A stretch of 52,080 nt of DNA. It comes from an uncultured Planctomycetaceae bacterium (GTDB lineage: Bacteria > Planctomycetota > Planctomycetia > Planctomycetales > Planctomycetaceae). The stretch lies in the NCBI GenBank assembly GCA_963976765.1, contig CAXBME010000029.1, positions 62,001-114,080 on the forward strand. The letters run 5' to 3'. Shown piece after piece: positions 9,465-20,129 of this stretch. Each line of letters begins with the position of its first letter. Positions within the stretch are counted from its first letter, which is position 1. The position numbers and the translations under genes were made by a program. A model generated the notes under the pieces. That model worked only from the letters and a program-made list of their open reading frames with translations. It did not search any database and was not told where the DNA came from.

Positions 9465-12400
9465 TTATTTGCGGGCCAGCGTGTCGAAGTCCTGCAGCAA
9501 CGATGGCGAGAGCACAAAGTTTTCGTCGATTGTCTCGACGTCGCTGACGGTGTCGGTACCTTCGCCTGTTGAGGCCGTGTCGTTGCCGCTGTTCCCGTTG
9601 ATGACGTCGTTGCCGTCTTCGCCAAGAATGGTGTCGTCTGATCCGCCGCCACGCAGCGTGTCGTTGCCGTCACCGCCAACGATCGTGTCGGAGGCTCCTT
9701 CACCGTCGATGACGTCGTCACCGTCTTCACCAAAGATCAGGTCTCGACCGCTGCCACCCATGATGGTGTCGTTGCCGTCGTCGCCGAAGATGGTGTCATC
9801 GCCGGCCTGGCCGAGGACTGAGTCGTCTCCGTGGCCGCCGTCAATCAGGTCCGATCCGCTATGCCCTTGAATCGTGTCGTTATCATTTCCGCCCCGGACG
9901 GTATCGTCGCCTGATCCGGCAGCGATGCGGTCGTTTCCGAAGCTACCCAGCAGCGAGTCGTCACCGGACATTCCATTGAGCAGGTCGTCTCCGAAACCAC
10001 CGTCCAGAGTGTCGTTCCCGATGTCGCCGACGAGCATGTCATTACCGAAGCTACCGGAAACTGAATCGTCGCCGACATCACCGAGCAGCGTGTCATCGCC
10101 GTCATTTCCGTCGATGACATCGTTGCCGTTACTGCCGGAAATTGAGTCCGCATCAGCACCGCCCAGAAGTGTGTCGTTGCCGTTGTTTCCGGTGATGACG
10201 TCGAGTCCTGCACCACCAAGAATTGTGTCGGCGTCGTCACTGCCGACCAGTGTGTCGTCTCCGGCACCACCGTCGATCAGCAGACGGACGGAACCGATCG
10301 CCGCGCCAAGAGCAGAAATCGTGTCATCGCCATCTTCGCCATTAACGATGAGCAGGGCCGCTCCCACCTGATCGAGGTTGCCGATTGTGATGGTGTCGGC
10401 ACCGTTGCCGGCGTTCAGCACGACTCTTTCGATTCCGGCCGCCAGCCCTGTTGTTGGGATGCTGAGTGACGAAGTGCCGCGGCGGATGACAAGGTCGCTG
10501 CCGTTCTGACTGACGTTGTAGGTGTCAGCCGAGCCAGAGCCCGTGACGGTGATGGTGTCGCCGCCGTCACCTGGGACAACGGTGTCATCGCCGTCGTTGT
10601 CGCCGTCCCAGTCGATTGTGTCGTCTCCGTCTCCGCCGTCGAGTGTGTCGTCTCCGCCCTGGCCGTCGAGTGTATCGTTGCCCGCGTCACCGCTGAGACT
10701 GTCCTGGCCCCCTCCACCGAGGATGGAGTCGTTGCCGGCTCCACCGAACAGGGTATCGTTTTCGGAACCGCCATTAATGGTGTCGTTACCGGTTGCGTTT
10801 CCGAGTGAGTCGTCACCGTAGATAATGTCCCGGGAACTGCCGCCATCGATCGAGTCATCTCCGTTGCCGCCTTCGATCGAATCCATTCCGCCCTGTCCGC
10901 GGATCAGGTCGTCGCCATCAGAGCCGAACAGGCTGTCGCTACCACCACCACCCAGAATGGTGTCGTTCCCGTTTCCACCGTCGACCGCATCGTTTCCGCC
11001 ACCGCCGTTCAGAATGTCATCCCCGTCAGTCGCGATCAGTGTGTCGTTGCCAGTGCCGCCCAGAAGTGTGGCACTCGGAGTCGCGACAGCTGTTACCGTG
11101 TTATAGATGAGGTTGTCCATCGCGAAGCGGGCGCCACCCTGTGCCGGTGACGCGACGGTCAGGTCAATTTCCATTCGTTGAACGGGGAGACCTGTGTAGG
11201 TGAACTGAACTTCGGCGAAACTTACAGGCGTAATCAGGTTGAGTGGGAATGTGCCTGCCGGATTTCCACCCGCGTCGAATAGCCGAACTTCCACACCATT
11301 TGTCACTTGTGCCGTAATGCTACGGGCCAGTCCGAACTGAATGCTGTCAACCGGTGTTGAAAAATCGAGCGATAGTATTCCGCTGGCTGTCCCTTCAAGA
11401 ACGGGATCCTGGAGGAAATTAACGAGGTTTGGTCCAAACGAGGCATAGTTAGCGTCAGTGCTCGCCGCGCCGTTGACTGTGAATCCGTATGTCACCTCGC
11501 CAACAGTCAGGCCGTTAACCGGTTGCGTCGGCACTTCGTCGAAGGTCACCGTGGTAACGATATTCAGGTTGCTCGATGTTGGAGCCTGTGGTGTCAGGGC
11601 GGCTGTGGGGACATTGGGATTTTCGCCGATGCGGAGCCATTCGTCTGAGACAACCATCGACTCCTCGCCACGCAGAGCGAGAATCATGCCCTCGGTGCCG
11701 GAAACCGGTGTTGCAGGACTTTGCAGACCGAATGGGTATGTATCAGCCTGGTTCAGGTCAACCTGGTAGCCAATGTCGGCGAGTGATCCAATGGTGATGC
11801 GGCTGAGCGGGTTCGGTCGCCCGGAGTTCAGGAAGCCGGTCATCAGCTCGTTATCGAATACGGATTCACGGAAGTGGCCATCCGCCGTCCCTGGTCCGCC
11901 CATATTTTCGACAGGGACACTCGGGGCCGTGTTGCCGAAGATCGCATTGTATTCAGCAGTTGCATTGGCACCTGTAAATTGAGGGTCAGCGGTGCCGGCA
12001 CCGGTCAGGTTACCGGTCAATTGCCAGATGGTACCGATGCCGATGACGTGGAGCATTTCATGAAGGATGACCAGTGTCAGTTCACCGGATGCTTCGAGTG
12101 ACGCGAGATCTGCTGTGTCAAACTCCATTGTTCCGGTGATCGGGAGGTTTGTTCCTGGCCGAAGCATGTTGGGGCCAGCCTGCCCGAGTACGCCACCCGC
12201 TCCATCGATCGCAACTCCGGAGGCGTCGATAATAATGTCGTCTACAAGCCCGCGACCTGGCACGTTTACATCTGGTACGTCGCCGGTGATGATCGCCTCA
12301 AGGCGTGCTTCGGCAGCGGTGAATGCGGCCATTTGTGTCGCCGTGAGCCCTCCCCCAAAGACAACGACGATATCAAAATTTGATACCGGAGAGTCATCGT

Positions 12401-14372
12401 CAGTGATTGTTCCGGTGGCGGTTGACATGGCCCCCAGTGCAGCGCCTGTTGGATTGCTCAGCGTCACGCTGAAAGTTTCGTCTGGCTCCTGAGTGGTGTC
12501 ACCGTTGATGGTGACGTCGAACGACTGTGTGGTTGTCCCGGCAGGAAACGTCAGTGTCTGAGTACTCGCCACGTAGTCCTGGCCAGCCACCGCTGTTACG
12601 TCGGCGGTGGCGACCATCACAGTGACTGGTCCCGACGCGGCAGCCGACAGCGTGACGGTGAACGATGCCGTAGAGGTCCCTGCGTTCCCTTCAGCGACGG
12701 ATACGTCAGCGACGGACAGTGAGGGCAGCGTGGTACCGTCATCGTTCAGAATCGTACCGATCGCGGTACCGTCCAGAATGGTGGCGTTAACGGCACCGCT
12801 GAGTGTGATGTTCAATGTTTCGTCGGCTTCATTTGTCGTGTCACCGTTCACCATCACGTTAAAAGTGGCCGATGTCACTCCGGCAGCGAATGTGATCAGC
12901 GGGGAACTTGCGACGTAGTCTGATCCTGCTGTTGCGGATCCATCAGACGTCGTCGCAGTTACTGTCACGGGAACAGCACTTGCCGCCGACAGGGTTACCG
13001 TGAATGTAAGATTCGAGATCCCGGTGTCGCCTTCCATGACGCTGACGTCGTTGATCGACAGCGATGGCAGTACCGGTGGCTGACCGCCATCGTCGTCCAG
13101 AATCGTTGCGGTAGCCATCGCGTTGCCAAGTTGTGCACCAACCGGGTTACTGATGACGAGCGAGAACATTTCCGTTGCTTCACCAACGTTGTCACCGATC
13201 AGCGGAACTGAAACCTGCAGGGTGGTAATGCCAGGAGTAAACGTCAGAGTCTGGTTAACGGCAACGTAATCCTGGCCCGCAATTGCCGTCCCATCGACCG
13301 TTCTGACGTCGACGCTGGTTGTTGTGGGGAGAGGTGTCGAGAGTGTGATCGTGAAGTTGGCGACGGTACCACCGCCGGATGCCCCTTCAGCGACATTGAC
13401 ATTGGTCTCCAGAATCGAGAACTGTGACTGCGATGTCACGATAAAGTCGTCACCGGCGCCACCATCCAGAAGGTCGTTCCCGCCACCGCCCGTAATCCGA
13501 TCGTTGCCACTGTTTCCGAAGATGACATCGTCGCCGGGACTGGCTCCACCATCGCCAAACAGCAGGTCATTACCAGCACCACCGTAGACGGTGTCGTTTC
13601 CTGCATCACCCGAAACTGAGTCGACTCCCGATCCGCCGTTGACCATATCGGAGCCGTCGCCGCCGTTAATCGTGTCGGCACCGTCGTCACCGAAGATTGA
13701 GTCGTCGCCGCCATCGCCGTTCAGAAGGTCGTTTCCGTCGTCGCCTGTGATTGTATCGTTGCCATCGCCGCCTGAGACGACATCGTCACCGTTACCGGCA
13801 TCGATAACGTCGTTTCCTGTACCGCCAGACACGGTGTCATTGCCGTCTCCGCCGTCGATGGTCAGGTTTCCGGTTGGAGTTGTCGCCAGATTCTGGTTGA
13901 TCGAGTCCGCACCGTTACCACCGGCAAGCGTTTCATTCAGATCCGGAGTTCCGATCAGTGTGTCATTTCCGTCATCGCCGTCGACGAAGATTTGTATTCC
14001 GATCAGCGTGTCCGGGTCGACGAACGAGAACTCCGCAGCAGTGACTCCGCTGATGTCGATCACGTTGTCGTTATCGCTACCAATAATGGTAATGGCTCGG
14101 ACGGTACTTGCCTGAATCGAGCCCAGCGACGTATCAGTAACGCCGTTGACTGTCAGCTGTACCTGGCCGGGAATGCTGGGATTAACACCCAGGGCGATGT
14201 CATCGTCCGCGTCGGCGATGATCTGGATTTCGCCACCCGTAAACAGGCTACTCACGGACAGGTAGGTTCGTTCTTCGAGCGTCTGAAGATCGGTGCTCTT
14301 CCAGTTGCGTTTGCTTCGGCGAGGTGCGTTGGCAATTTTTTGACGCAATCGATCCAACCAGTTTCTGGGCAT
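9465..14372 (-). CDS. Giant secreted protein: LEPR-XLL-type N-terminus, RTX Ca-binding repeats, 3 Calx-beta domains and a leishmanolysin(M8)-like Zn-metalloprotease domain
   Basis: LQTLEERTYLS motif; many GGxGxDx(L/I) nonapeptides in two blocks; Calx-beta (EG......F.V.LS...T.DGTA.AG.DY) three times; HEMLHVIG...GH.RE..FDNELMTG. Confidence 0.9.
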   Translation of the reverse strand: MPRNWLDRLRQKIANAPRRSKRNWKSTDLQTLEERTYLSVSSLFTGGEIQIIADADDDIALGVNPSIPGQVQLTVNGVTDTSLGSIQASTVRAITIIGSDNDNVIDISGVTAAEFSFVDPDTLIGIQIFVDGDDGNDTLIGTPDLNETLAGGNGADSINQNLATTPTGNLTIDGGDGNDTVSGGTGNDVIDAGNGDDVVSGGDGNDTITGDDGNDLLNGDGGDDSIFGDDGADTINGGDGSDMVNGGSGVDSVSGDAGNDTVYGGAGNDLLFGDGGASPGDDVIFGNSGNDRITGGGGNDLLDGGAGDDFIVTSQSQFSILETNVNVAEGASGGGTVANFTITLSTPLPTTTSVDVRTVDGTAIAGQDYVAVNQTLTFTPGITTLQVSVPLIGDNVGEATEMFSLVISNPVGAQLGNAMATATILDDDGGQPPVLPSLSINDVSVMEGDTGISNLTFTVTLSAASAVPVTVTATTSDGSATAGSDYVASSPLITFAAGVTSATFNVMVNGDTTNEADETLNITLSGAVNATILDGTAIGTILNDDGTTLPSLSVADVSVAEGNAGTSTASFTVTLSAAASGPVTVMVATADVTAVAGQDYVASTQTLTFPAGTTTQSFDVTINGDTTQEPDETFSVTLSNPTGAALGAMSTATGTITDDDSPVSNFDIVVVFGGGLTATQMAAFTAAEARLEAIITGDVPDVNVPGRGLVDDIIIDASGVAIDGAGGVLGQAGPNMLRPGTNLPITGTMEFDTADLASLEASGELTLVILHEMLHVIGIGTIWQLTGNLTGAGTADPQFTGANATAEYNAIFGNTAPSVPVENMGGPGTADGHFRESVFDNELMTGFLNSGRPNPLSRITIGSLADIGYQVDLNQADTYPFGLQSPATPVSGTEGMILALRGEESMVVSDEWLRIGENPNVPTAALTPQAPTSSNLNIVTTVTFDEVPTQPVNGLTVGEVTYGFTVNGAASTDANYASFGPNLVNFLQDPVLEGTASGILSLDFSTPVDSIQFGLARSITAQVTNGVEVRLFDAGGNPAGTFPLNLITPVSFAEVQFTYTGLPVQRMEIDLTVASPAQGGARFAMDNLIYNTVTAVATPSATLLGGTGNDTLIATDGDDILNGGGGNDAVDGGNGNDTILGGGGSDSLFGSDGDDLIRGQGGMDSIEGGNGDDSIDGGSSRDIIYGDDSLGNATGNDTINGGSENDTLFGGAGNDSILGGGGQDSLSGDAGNDTLDGQGGDDTLDGGDGDDTIDWDGDNDGDDTVVPGDGGDTITVTGSGSADTYNVSQNGSDLVIRRGTSSLSIPTTGLAAGIERVVLNAGNGADTITIGNLDQVGAALLIVNGEDGDDTISALGAAIGSVRLLIDGGAGDDTLVGSDDADTILGGAGLDVITGNNGNDTLLGGADADSISGSNGNDVIDGNDGDDTLLGDVGDDSVSGSFGNDMLVGDIGNDTLDGGFGDDLLNGMSGDDSLLGSFGNDRIAAGSGDDTVRGGNDNDTIQGHSGSDLIDGGHGDDSVLGQAGDDTIFGDDGNDTIMGGSGRDLIFGEDGDDVIDGEGASDTIVGGDGNDTLRGGGSDDTILGEDGNDVINGNSGNDTASTGEGTDTVSDVETIDENFVLSPSLLQDFDTLARK

Positions 14373-14985
14373 CGTGAGCTCCCGTAAGCCTGCAAGTCCA
14401 TAAGCGGCAGTTAGTGAGGAACCCGCGTCGAACGATCACGCGGATAATCTGATGATTCCCCGATAGTCCGATCGGCAGTCACTGACGGGCGAGCTGACAC
14501 AACAGGAACGCGCCGTCGAAAGCGGATGTTTCGGGACGACTCGAGTGATTCATTCAACTCATACTCGCCGCACAACCGGAACCACGAAGTGCGTCTGTAG
14601 GGATGGTGACACCGAATAATCGTTACAGGCGGTCTATCTGGATCGATACGGCGAGCATTAGTACTCATGGATAGCTGTGGCGTGACAGCGCACGTTGGCA
14701 GGATTGAAAGTCCGAGCCCGACGTTGCGAACAGAGTTCGCGGGGCAATCCTTAGAACTGCAGTCATGATCCGGTCTGGGAGTAACGATTCTATGGACTGT
14801 GGCTGTCGTGAGTTTCGCGAGACATGAATCGATTCTGCGATTGCAGGGTGAGTGGTGCTCCCTTCATTCGCAGAGTTCAGTCAGCAACCGGACGGTGATG
14901 CCCGGCCCTCTGACGCTTTAGAAGTAGCGTCGGCGAAGTACGGCAGTGCTGCACTTTTCAACGGTCGCTGTACAGGCAGGTGACG

Positions 14986-16977
14986 TTAGTCCTGCGCGGC
15001 GTCGAGCCACGGGTTTTGTCCAAGCTGGACGAGCTGGCTGGATCGGTGGCGCGCATAAGCCAGGAGAAGTTCACGGTCCTGTTCGTGGCGGAGTTCGACG
15101 ACTCGCTGAGCCTTCAGGAAGTGCGGCAGCGTGCTGGTCAGTTCGTTGTTCTCATTGGTGCCTCGACGTTGGAGTCGGCTGAGGTCCAGTTTGTCGAGCC
15201 CTTCCTGAAGGATGTCGTCTTCCAGCGAGAGAAACTGTCGGTACGAGCCGGGGTCTCCCTGTCGAGCGCATCGGCCAATGAGTTGTCGATCAATTCTTCC
15301 CGCCGCGTGGAACTCTCCGCAGACCACATGCAGGCCGCCGCGACTTTCCGAATCACCTCGTAACGCAATGTCAGTTCCCCGCCCGGCCATGTTCGTCGCG
15401 ACGGTGACTCGGCCAGGTTGCCCGGCCTCGCTGACAATTTCGGCTTCGCGTGCGTGGTTGCGAGCGTTCAAGAGTTGATGCTCGATTCCGTAGTCGGTCA
15501 GCAGCGAGGCCAGACGTTCGGATTGCTCGATCGTCCGGGTTCCGACCAGAACCGGGCGACCTGCCTGGTGCTGCTGCTGGACCTCTCTGGCGACGGACTC
15601 CCACCTGGCATCAGACGTCGGCAGGATGTTGACGGGCCACGCAGTTCGTCGGGAAGGTCGTCGCGTCGGGATACGAAAAACCGGCAGTCCGTAAACGCTG
15701 AGGAATTCGTGAGCAGCCGTCGCGGCGGTTCCCGTCATGCCGGAAATTCGATCGTACTGGCCGAACAGTTCCTGCACGGTGATCCGTGCGCTGTGGCTGG
15801 TGAGTGGCGAAATCTCGACTAACTCGCGCGCTTCGACTGCCTGATGGACACCGTTTCGCCACTTGCGTCCTTCCGCGATTCGCCCCGAGTATTCGTCGAC
15901 GATATAAACCCTGCCGTCTTTAACGACGTAGTGCTCGTCCCGTTTCAGAGCATCGGCAACGTAGGTCGCGCGAACGACTCCGTCCGTGATATCAGACATT
16001 GGAAGTTCGTTCAGCAGCGGCGGACGCGGCAACGATCGCACAAGTCGATAACCGGTCGGAGTCAGATCGAGCTGTCCGGAATCCTCATCGCGCAAAACGT
16101 GTTCGCCGATGTGAAACTTCTCCGCCGCCGACGCGCACCAGCGGAAGAGTGCTTCCTTTGTTCGCTGGTCGCCAGCCTCGCTGCTGATGATCAGTGGGGT
16201 TCTGGCTTCGTCGATCAGAAGACTGTCGGCCTCGTCAATCAATGCAAAATGGAGCGGGTGACGCTGGACGGTCGGACGCTGCGCTGTGGAAGTCTGATGG
16301 CCGTTCGCGCTTTGATTGGAGAGTGACATCAGGATCGGAGTTGTCAGCGAATCTGCAAACAACGGCGATTCAGACTGCCTGCTGTTCCGAAGAGCGAGTC
16401 GATCGCGCAGAAAGTCGAAGCCGAATTCCTTCGCCGTTCCGTAAGAAATATCGCAGTCATAGGCCGCTCGACGTTCCGCAGGGGCCATGTCACCAGTGAT
16501 GGCAGAAACGGTCAGCCCGAGTGACTCATAGACCGGACGCATCCAGTTGGCGTCGCGGTGAGCGAGGTAGTCGTTGGCTGTGGCGACGTGAACCGGCAGC
16601 CCTCGCAGCGCATTCAGAAAGACTGGCAGAGTGGCGACAAGAGTCTTGCCCTCGCCGGTCTGCATCTCAGCAACGCACCCGTGATGCAGCGCGATGCCGC
16701 CGAGAATCTGAACCGGGTAATGCGTCAGTCCGAGATGCCGGCGCGAAGCATCGACCACGGCAGCGAACGCTTCCGGAAGTAGACGACCGAGCGGTTCACC
16801 GGATCGAGCGCGGTAACGAAGCGCTGCCGCAGCCTGTCGCCTGTCTGAGTCGGATTGCGATTCGAGTTTCAACGCGTCAGCATGAATTCGTTGAGCGAGC
16901 TGCTTCCAGCGCCGTGGCGGATTGCGAGGCGATCGGAAAGTGCGTGTCAAAAACTCGTTGGCTCGCCGAAGAAGCAT
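14986..16977 (-). CDS. Secondary, C-terminally truncated SecA paralogue (SecA_DEAD protein)
   Basis: AEMQTGEGKT, IDEADS.LIDEARTPLIIS, ATNMAGRGTDI, RIDRQL.GR.ARQGDPG; about 663 aa, ending soon after the second ATPase domain; ATG 16977 preferred because GTG 17013 lies inside a REP element. Confidence 0.9.
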   Translation of the reverse strand: MLLRRANEFLTRTFRSPRNPPRRWKQLAQRIHADALKLESQSDSDRRQAAAALRYRARSGEPLGRLLPEAFAAVVDASRRHLGLTHYPVQILGGIALHHGCVAEMQTGEGKTLVATLPVFLNALRGLPVHVATANDYLAHRDANWMRPVYESLGLTVSAITGDMAPAERRAAYDCDISYGTAKEFGFDFLRDRLALRNSRQSESPLFADSLTTPILMSLSNQSANGHQTSTAQRPTVQRHPLHFALIDEADSLLIDEARTPLIISSEAGDQRTKEALFRWCASAAEKFHIGEHVLRDEDSGQLDLTPTGYRLVRSLPRPPLLNELPMSDITDGVVRATYVADALKRDEHYVVKDGRVYIVDEYSGRIAEGRKWRNGVHQAVEARELVEISPLTSHSARITVQELFGQYDRISGMTGTAATAAHEFLSVYGLPVFRIPTRRPSRRTAWPVNILPTSDARWESVAREVQQQHQAGRPVLVGTRTIEQSERLASLLTDYGIEHQLLNARNHAREAEIVSEAGQPGRVTVATNMAGRGTDIALRGDSESRGGLHVVCGEFHAAGRIDRQLIGRCARQGDPGSYRQFLSLEDDILQEGLDKLDLSRLQRRGTNENNELTSTLPHFLKAQRVVELRHEQDRELLLAYARHRSSQLVQLGQNPWLDAAQD

Positions 16978-16989
16978 GGTTGTTTTCTT

Positions 16990-17052
16990 GAAGAGTGCGT
17001 CTCGACGCACCACAGACTCAAGGGGAAAGTGGTGCGTGAAGACACACCCTGC
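16990..17052. repeat. REP-doublet palindrome, family A, copy 1
   Basis: Arms gaagagtgcgtctcgacgcaccac / gtggtgcgtgaagacacaccctgc match the arms at 47681-47740 at 20/24 and 23/24 positions. Confidence 0.85.
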
Positions 17053-17070
17053 AGCTGATTGAACGTCGAA

Positions 17071-17901
17071 CTAAGCGGAGAGTTGTTCCGGAGCCGCGTC
17101 CGGCACAACTCGTCGATCAGCTCCTTCTTCGTCTTCCATGCCAACCGGGGTGTAGTCGACTCCGCCCGTTTCTGCCAGACGTGACATGATCAGGTTGGTG
17201 ACTTCATGGAGCAGTTCCGGTGTTGTTTTCTGGTCGTGATACTCTGAGAGATCAATTGGTTCTCCGTAGGTCACTCGGACGCGGTTTCTGCGAATAAACG
17301 GGTCGACCATGCTTCTTGCTGGCTGAAGGGCACCGTGGATGAACACGGGGTAAACCTTGACGCGACTCTTCAACGCCAGAAACGCGACGCCTGGATTCGC
17401 AGACCGCAGCCGGGTTCCCCAGTTAATGCCGCCTTCGGGGAACAGCCCGACGAGTTCGCCATTCTTGAGCCGCCGCAACGCTTCACGGGTTGGAGCCATG
17501 TCCTGTCCGTTTCGGTCGACCGGAATCGATCGCATTGTTCGAACCAGCCAGCGAAGCCCTGGTACGTCGCAGTACTCGCTTGCCGTCAGAAATCCAGCGA
17601 CTCGAACCTGTCGTGAGGCCCCGGTCGGATCGCCTCGCAAATGGTGATTCGTCCAGACCATCATGGGGTCGATCGGGCTGCGATGATTGGCGACAATCAG
17701 GCCGCTGCCTTCGGCAGGTAAAGTGCAGGGGCCATTATTGCAGCGCCAGCGAAAGATCAGCCCGCTGTAGAGTCTTTGGACAACGTACAGCAGCCAGACT
17801 CCCCAGCCGTCACTGCATCGACGGACGCTGCGAACGATTAAGACGACGGCGATCGTTGCGTAGGCGACCAGAGTCAGGATGGCCGCAGCTTCGGAATCCA
17901 T
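17071..17901 (-). CDS. 1-acyl-sn-glycerol-3-phosphate (lysophospholipid) acyltransferase, PlsC family
   Basis: VANHRSPID (NHxxxxD), IPVDR, LFPEGG, PV.I.G; ATG 17901 precedes the N-terminal TM helix. Confidence 0.88.
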   Translation of the reverse strand: MDSEAAAILTLVAYATIAVVLIVRSVRRCSDGWGVWLLYVVQRLYSGLIFRWRCNNGPCTLPAEGSGLIVANHRSPIDPMMVWTNHHLRGDPTGASRQVRVAGFLTASEYCDVPGLRWLVRTMRSIPVDRNGQDMAPTREALRRLKNGELVGLFPEGGINWGTRLRSANPGVAFLALKSRVKVYPVFIHGALQPARSMVDPFIRRNRVRVTYGEPIDLSEYHDQKTTPELLHEVTNLIMSRLAETGGVDYTPVGMEDEEGADRRVVPDAAPEQLSA

Positions 17902-18289
17902 GTCAGCAGCTTCTCCCGGATTGGCGAAGATCAGGTGTTTCAGGTGTCTGACAATGACTGTTTTGACGTAGGCAGAATCGCATTCTGCCGAGGCTGGTTT
18001 CAAACCTGCCGCACGACAATTATTCCCAGGACAATCCTGCGTGAAAAATTCTGACGGCGAATCGATGATCAGTAAACGCATCAAATGTCGCAGATGATAG
18101 CTTTCCCGACGTCAATCGACCAAATCAGGTTTTGATCGTCAGTCTCCACCGTTGACGGGGGCTTGCCGGTTGAGCTGACTCGCCGGTTACGATACACCGT
18201 CTACAGATCACTTTTCTGACCGATGAATTGAGAGTTCTTAACACGCAACGACCGGACTGGTCGTAAGACATATATAAAGAGGCCATGCC

Positions 18290-19822
18290 ATGCCGCAGCC
18301 TGTTCGAACGGTCTTCGTTTTCTACTCCGTCATCATTGTCTGGGCAGGAGTTTGTCTCGGCGAAGCATTGGCTGCGGATCGATGGGAGTTTCCGATCCGT
18401 TTCTCGAAGAGCGTTCGTGAAACTCCGTACTCAGGAAGAGTTTACCTGATCTTTACGAAGCGTGATCGCGAGCCGCGTCTGGGTCCGAGCTGGTTCAGTC
18501 CTGAGCTGTTTGTTTCGGCTGAAGTCAAAAACTGGGCACCCGACACGCCGTTAACAATTGCCAGCGGAGCGGCTTCATCGCCTGGCGTGGCAGACACGTT
18601 GAGATCGTATCCTGAGGCATTTTCGAGGCTCGATCTTTCCGGGTATCGCGTGCAGGCTGTCGCTCGATTCAACGCGTGGCAGCGCGAGATCGGAAAGGGA
18701 GAAGGCAATGGTTTCAGCACGACGGCAACCGTCGCGGCCGAAGGAAAGCAACCGGAGCTGATCATTAACGCTCGTGTTCCGAAGCAGGAGTTTCAGGAGA
18801 CTCAGTGGTCAAAGTTGCTAAGTGTTAAATCAAAGCTGTTGAGCGATTTCTACGGGCACGATGTTTTCATTCGAGCTGCGGTGACTGTTCCTGTTAGCTA
18901 CGCAGGCAGCCCGGAACGACGATACCCGACAATCTTTGAAATTCCTGGCTTTGGCGGCGATCACACTTATCGAGCGAGCGGACAACCTCCGGTCGAATCC
19001 GTCCAGGATGGCGTTGAGTTTATTCGAGTGATGCTTGATCCGAGCTGCCCGCTTGGGCACCACGTTTTTGCGGACTCGGCCAACAACGGCCCGAGAGGTC
19101 AAAGTCTGATCGAAGAATTCCTGCCGGCTTTCGACAAGGCTTATCGAAGCATTGCGAAACCGACGGCGCGATTTGTGACGGGACATTCCTCTGGTGGCTG
19201 GAGCAGTCTCTGGCTCCAGGTGACTTATCCGGATCATTTTGGCGGGGTGTGGAGTACGGCTCCCGACCCGGTTGATTTTCGCGATTTTCAAAAGATCAAC
19301 CTCTACGCCGCGAACGAGAACATGTACTCGACTGCGGACGGAAAGCCACGACCGCTGGCACGAATCGGCGGGCAGGTTCGGTTGTGGTACAAAGGCTTTG
19401 CCGACATGGAATGGGCGCTTGGCACCGGCGGACAGCTTCACAGTTTCGAGGCGGTCTTCAGTCCGCGTGGCGACGACGGGACGCCGAAACTTGTCTGGGA
19501 TCGCGACACCGGCAAGGTAGCCACCGACGTGGCGAAGACCTGGGAGAAGTACGACATCCGCCTGATTCTGGAAAGTAACTGGAAAGTCCTTGAGCCAAAG
19601 CTGCAAGGCAAACTACACATCTTCATGGGAGATCAGGACACGTTTTATCTGGAGGGGGCGACAATTCTGTTGAAGGAGTCACTGGCCAGACTCGGCAGCG
19701 ATGCCCGTGTTGAAATCATCCCTGGCCGAGACCACTTCAACCTGCTGCCGCCGGAACTCCAGAACCGCATCCGTGGCGAGATGGTCGCCACCTTTCGGAA
19801 GTATCATCCAGACGGTCGTTGA
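18290..19822 (+). CDS. Secreted alpha/beta-hydrolase (putative esterase family)
   Basis: Signal peptide; nucleophile elbow GHSSGG; G.QD and RDH candidate Asp/His; GAGG RBS upstream. Confidence 0.85.
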   Translation: MPQPVRTVFVFYSVIIVWAGVCLGEALAADRWEFPIRFSKSVRETPYSGRVYLIFTKRDREPRLGPSWFSPELFVSAEVKNWAPDTPLTIASGAASSPGVADTLRSYPEAFSRLDLSGYRVQAVARFNAWQREIGKGEGNGFSTTATVAAEGKQPELIINARVPKQEFQETQWSKLLSVKSKLLSDFYGHDVFIRAAVTVPVSYAGSPERRYPTIFEIPGFGGDHTYRASGQPPVESVQDGVEFIRVMLDPSCPLGHHVFADSANNGPRGQSLIEEFLPAFDKAYRSIAKPTARFVTGHSSGGWSSLWLQVTYPDHFGGVWSTAPDPVDFRDFQKINLYAANENMYSTADGKPRPLARIGGQVRLWYKGFADMEWALGTGGQLHSFEAVFSPRGDDGTPKLVWDRDTGKVATDVAKTWEKYDIRLILESNWKVLEPKLQGKLHIFMGDQDTFYLEGATILLKESLARLGSDARVEIIPGRDHFNLLPPELQNRIRGEMVATFRKYHPDGR

Positions 19823-20129
19823 TCATCCGTCCGCCATTCGTGCCGGCGACCTCGAACCTGCGACCGGGCCGTTCTACCGTTTTCAGGTCGGTAGTCATCC
19901 CGTGGAACGCGACGGCTGTTTTCGGGGCTTTACTATCGTCGCTCGGCTATGCTCGGTCATGCTGCCTTGGACCTCGCGGTCGGCGGAAAAGTCTTCCCAG
20001 ACTGCCTTTTTGCTCTGACCGGTAACTTCTGCTCAACCGGAACCCCCTCGACTTCCGATACCGCTATGAAGATGGCGCCGTGGTGTGCGCATTTCGTCTC
20101 CTGATGCGGGTTTATGGAAGAGACGCAAA

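Noticed and set aside
9845..14387. Numerous S/P-rich plus-strand ORFs and alternative-frame ORFs over the RTX gene
   Set aside because: Antisense and frame shadows of the GGxGxD repeat codons
19845..19875. ctcgaacctgcgacc resembles the reverse complement of a tRNA T-arm (possible att site)
   Set aside because: The T-stem cannot close (no TCCTGC partner), and there is no cloverleaf or nearby integrase
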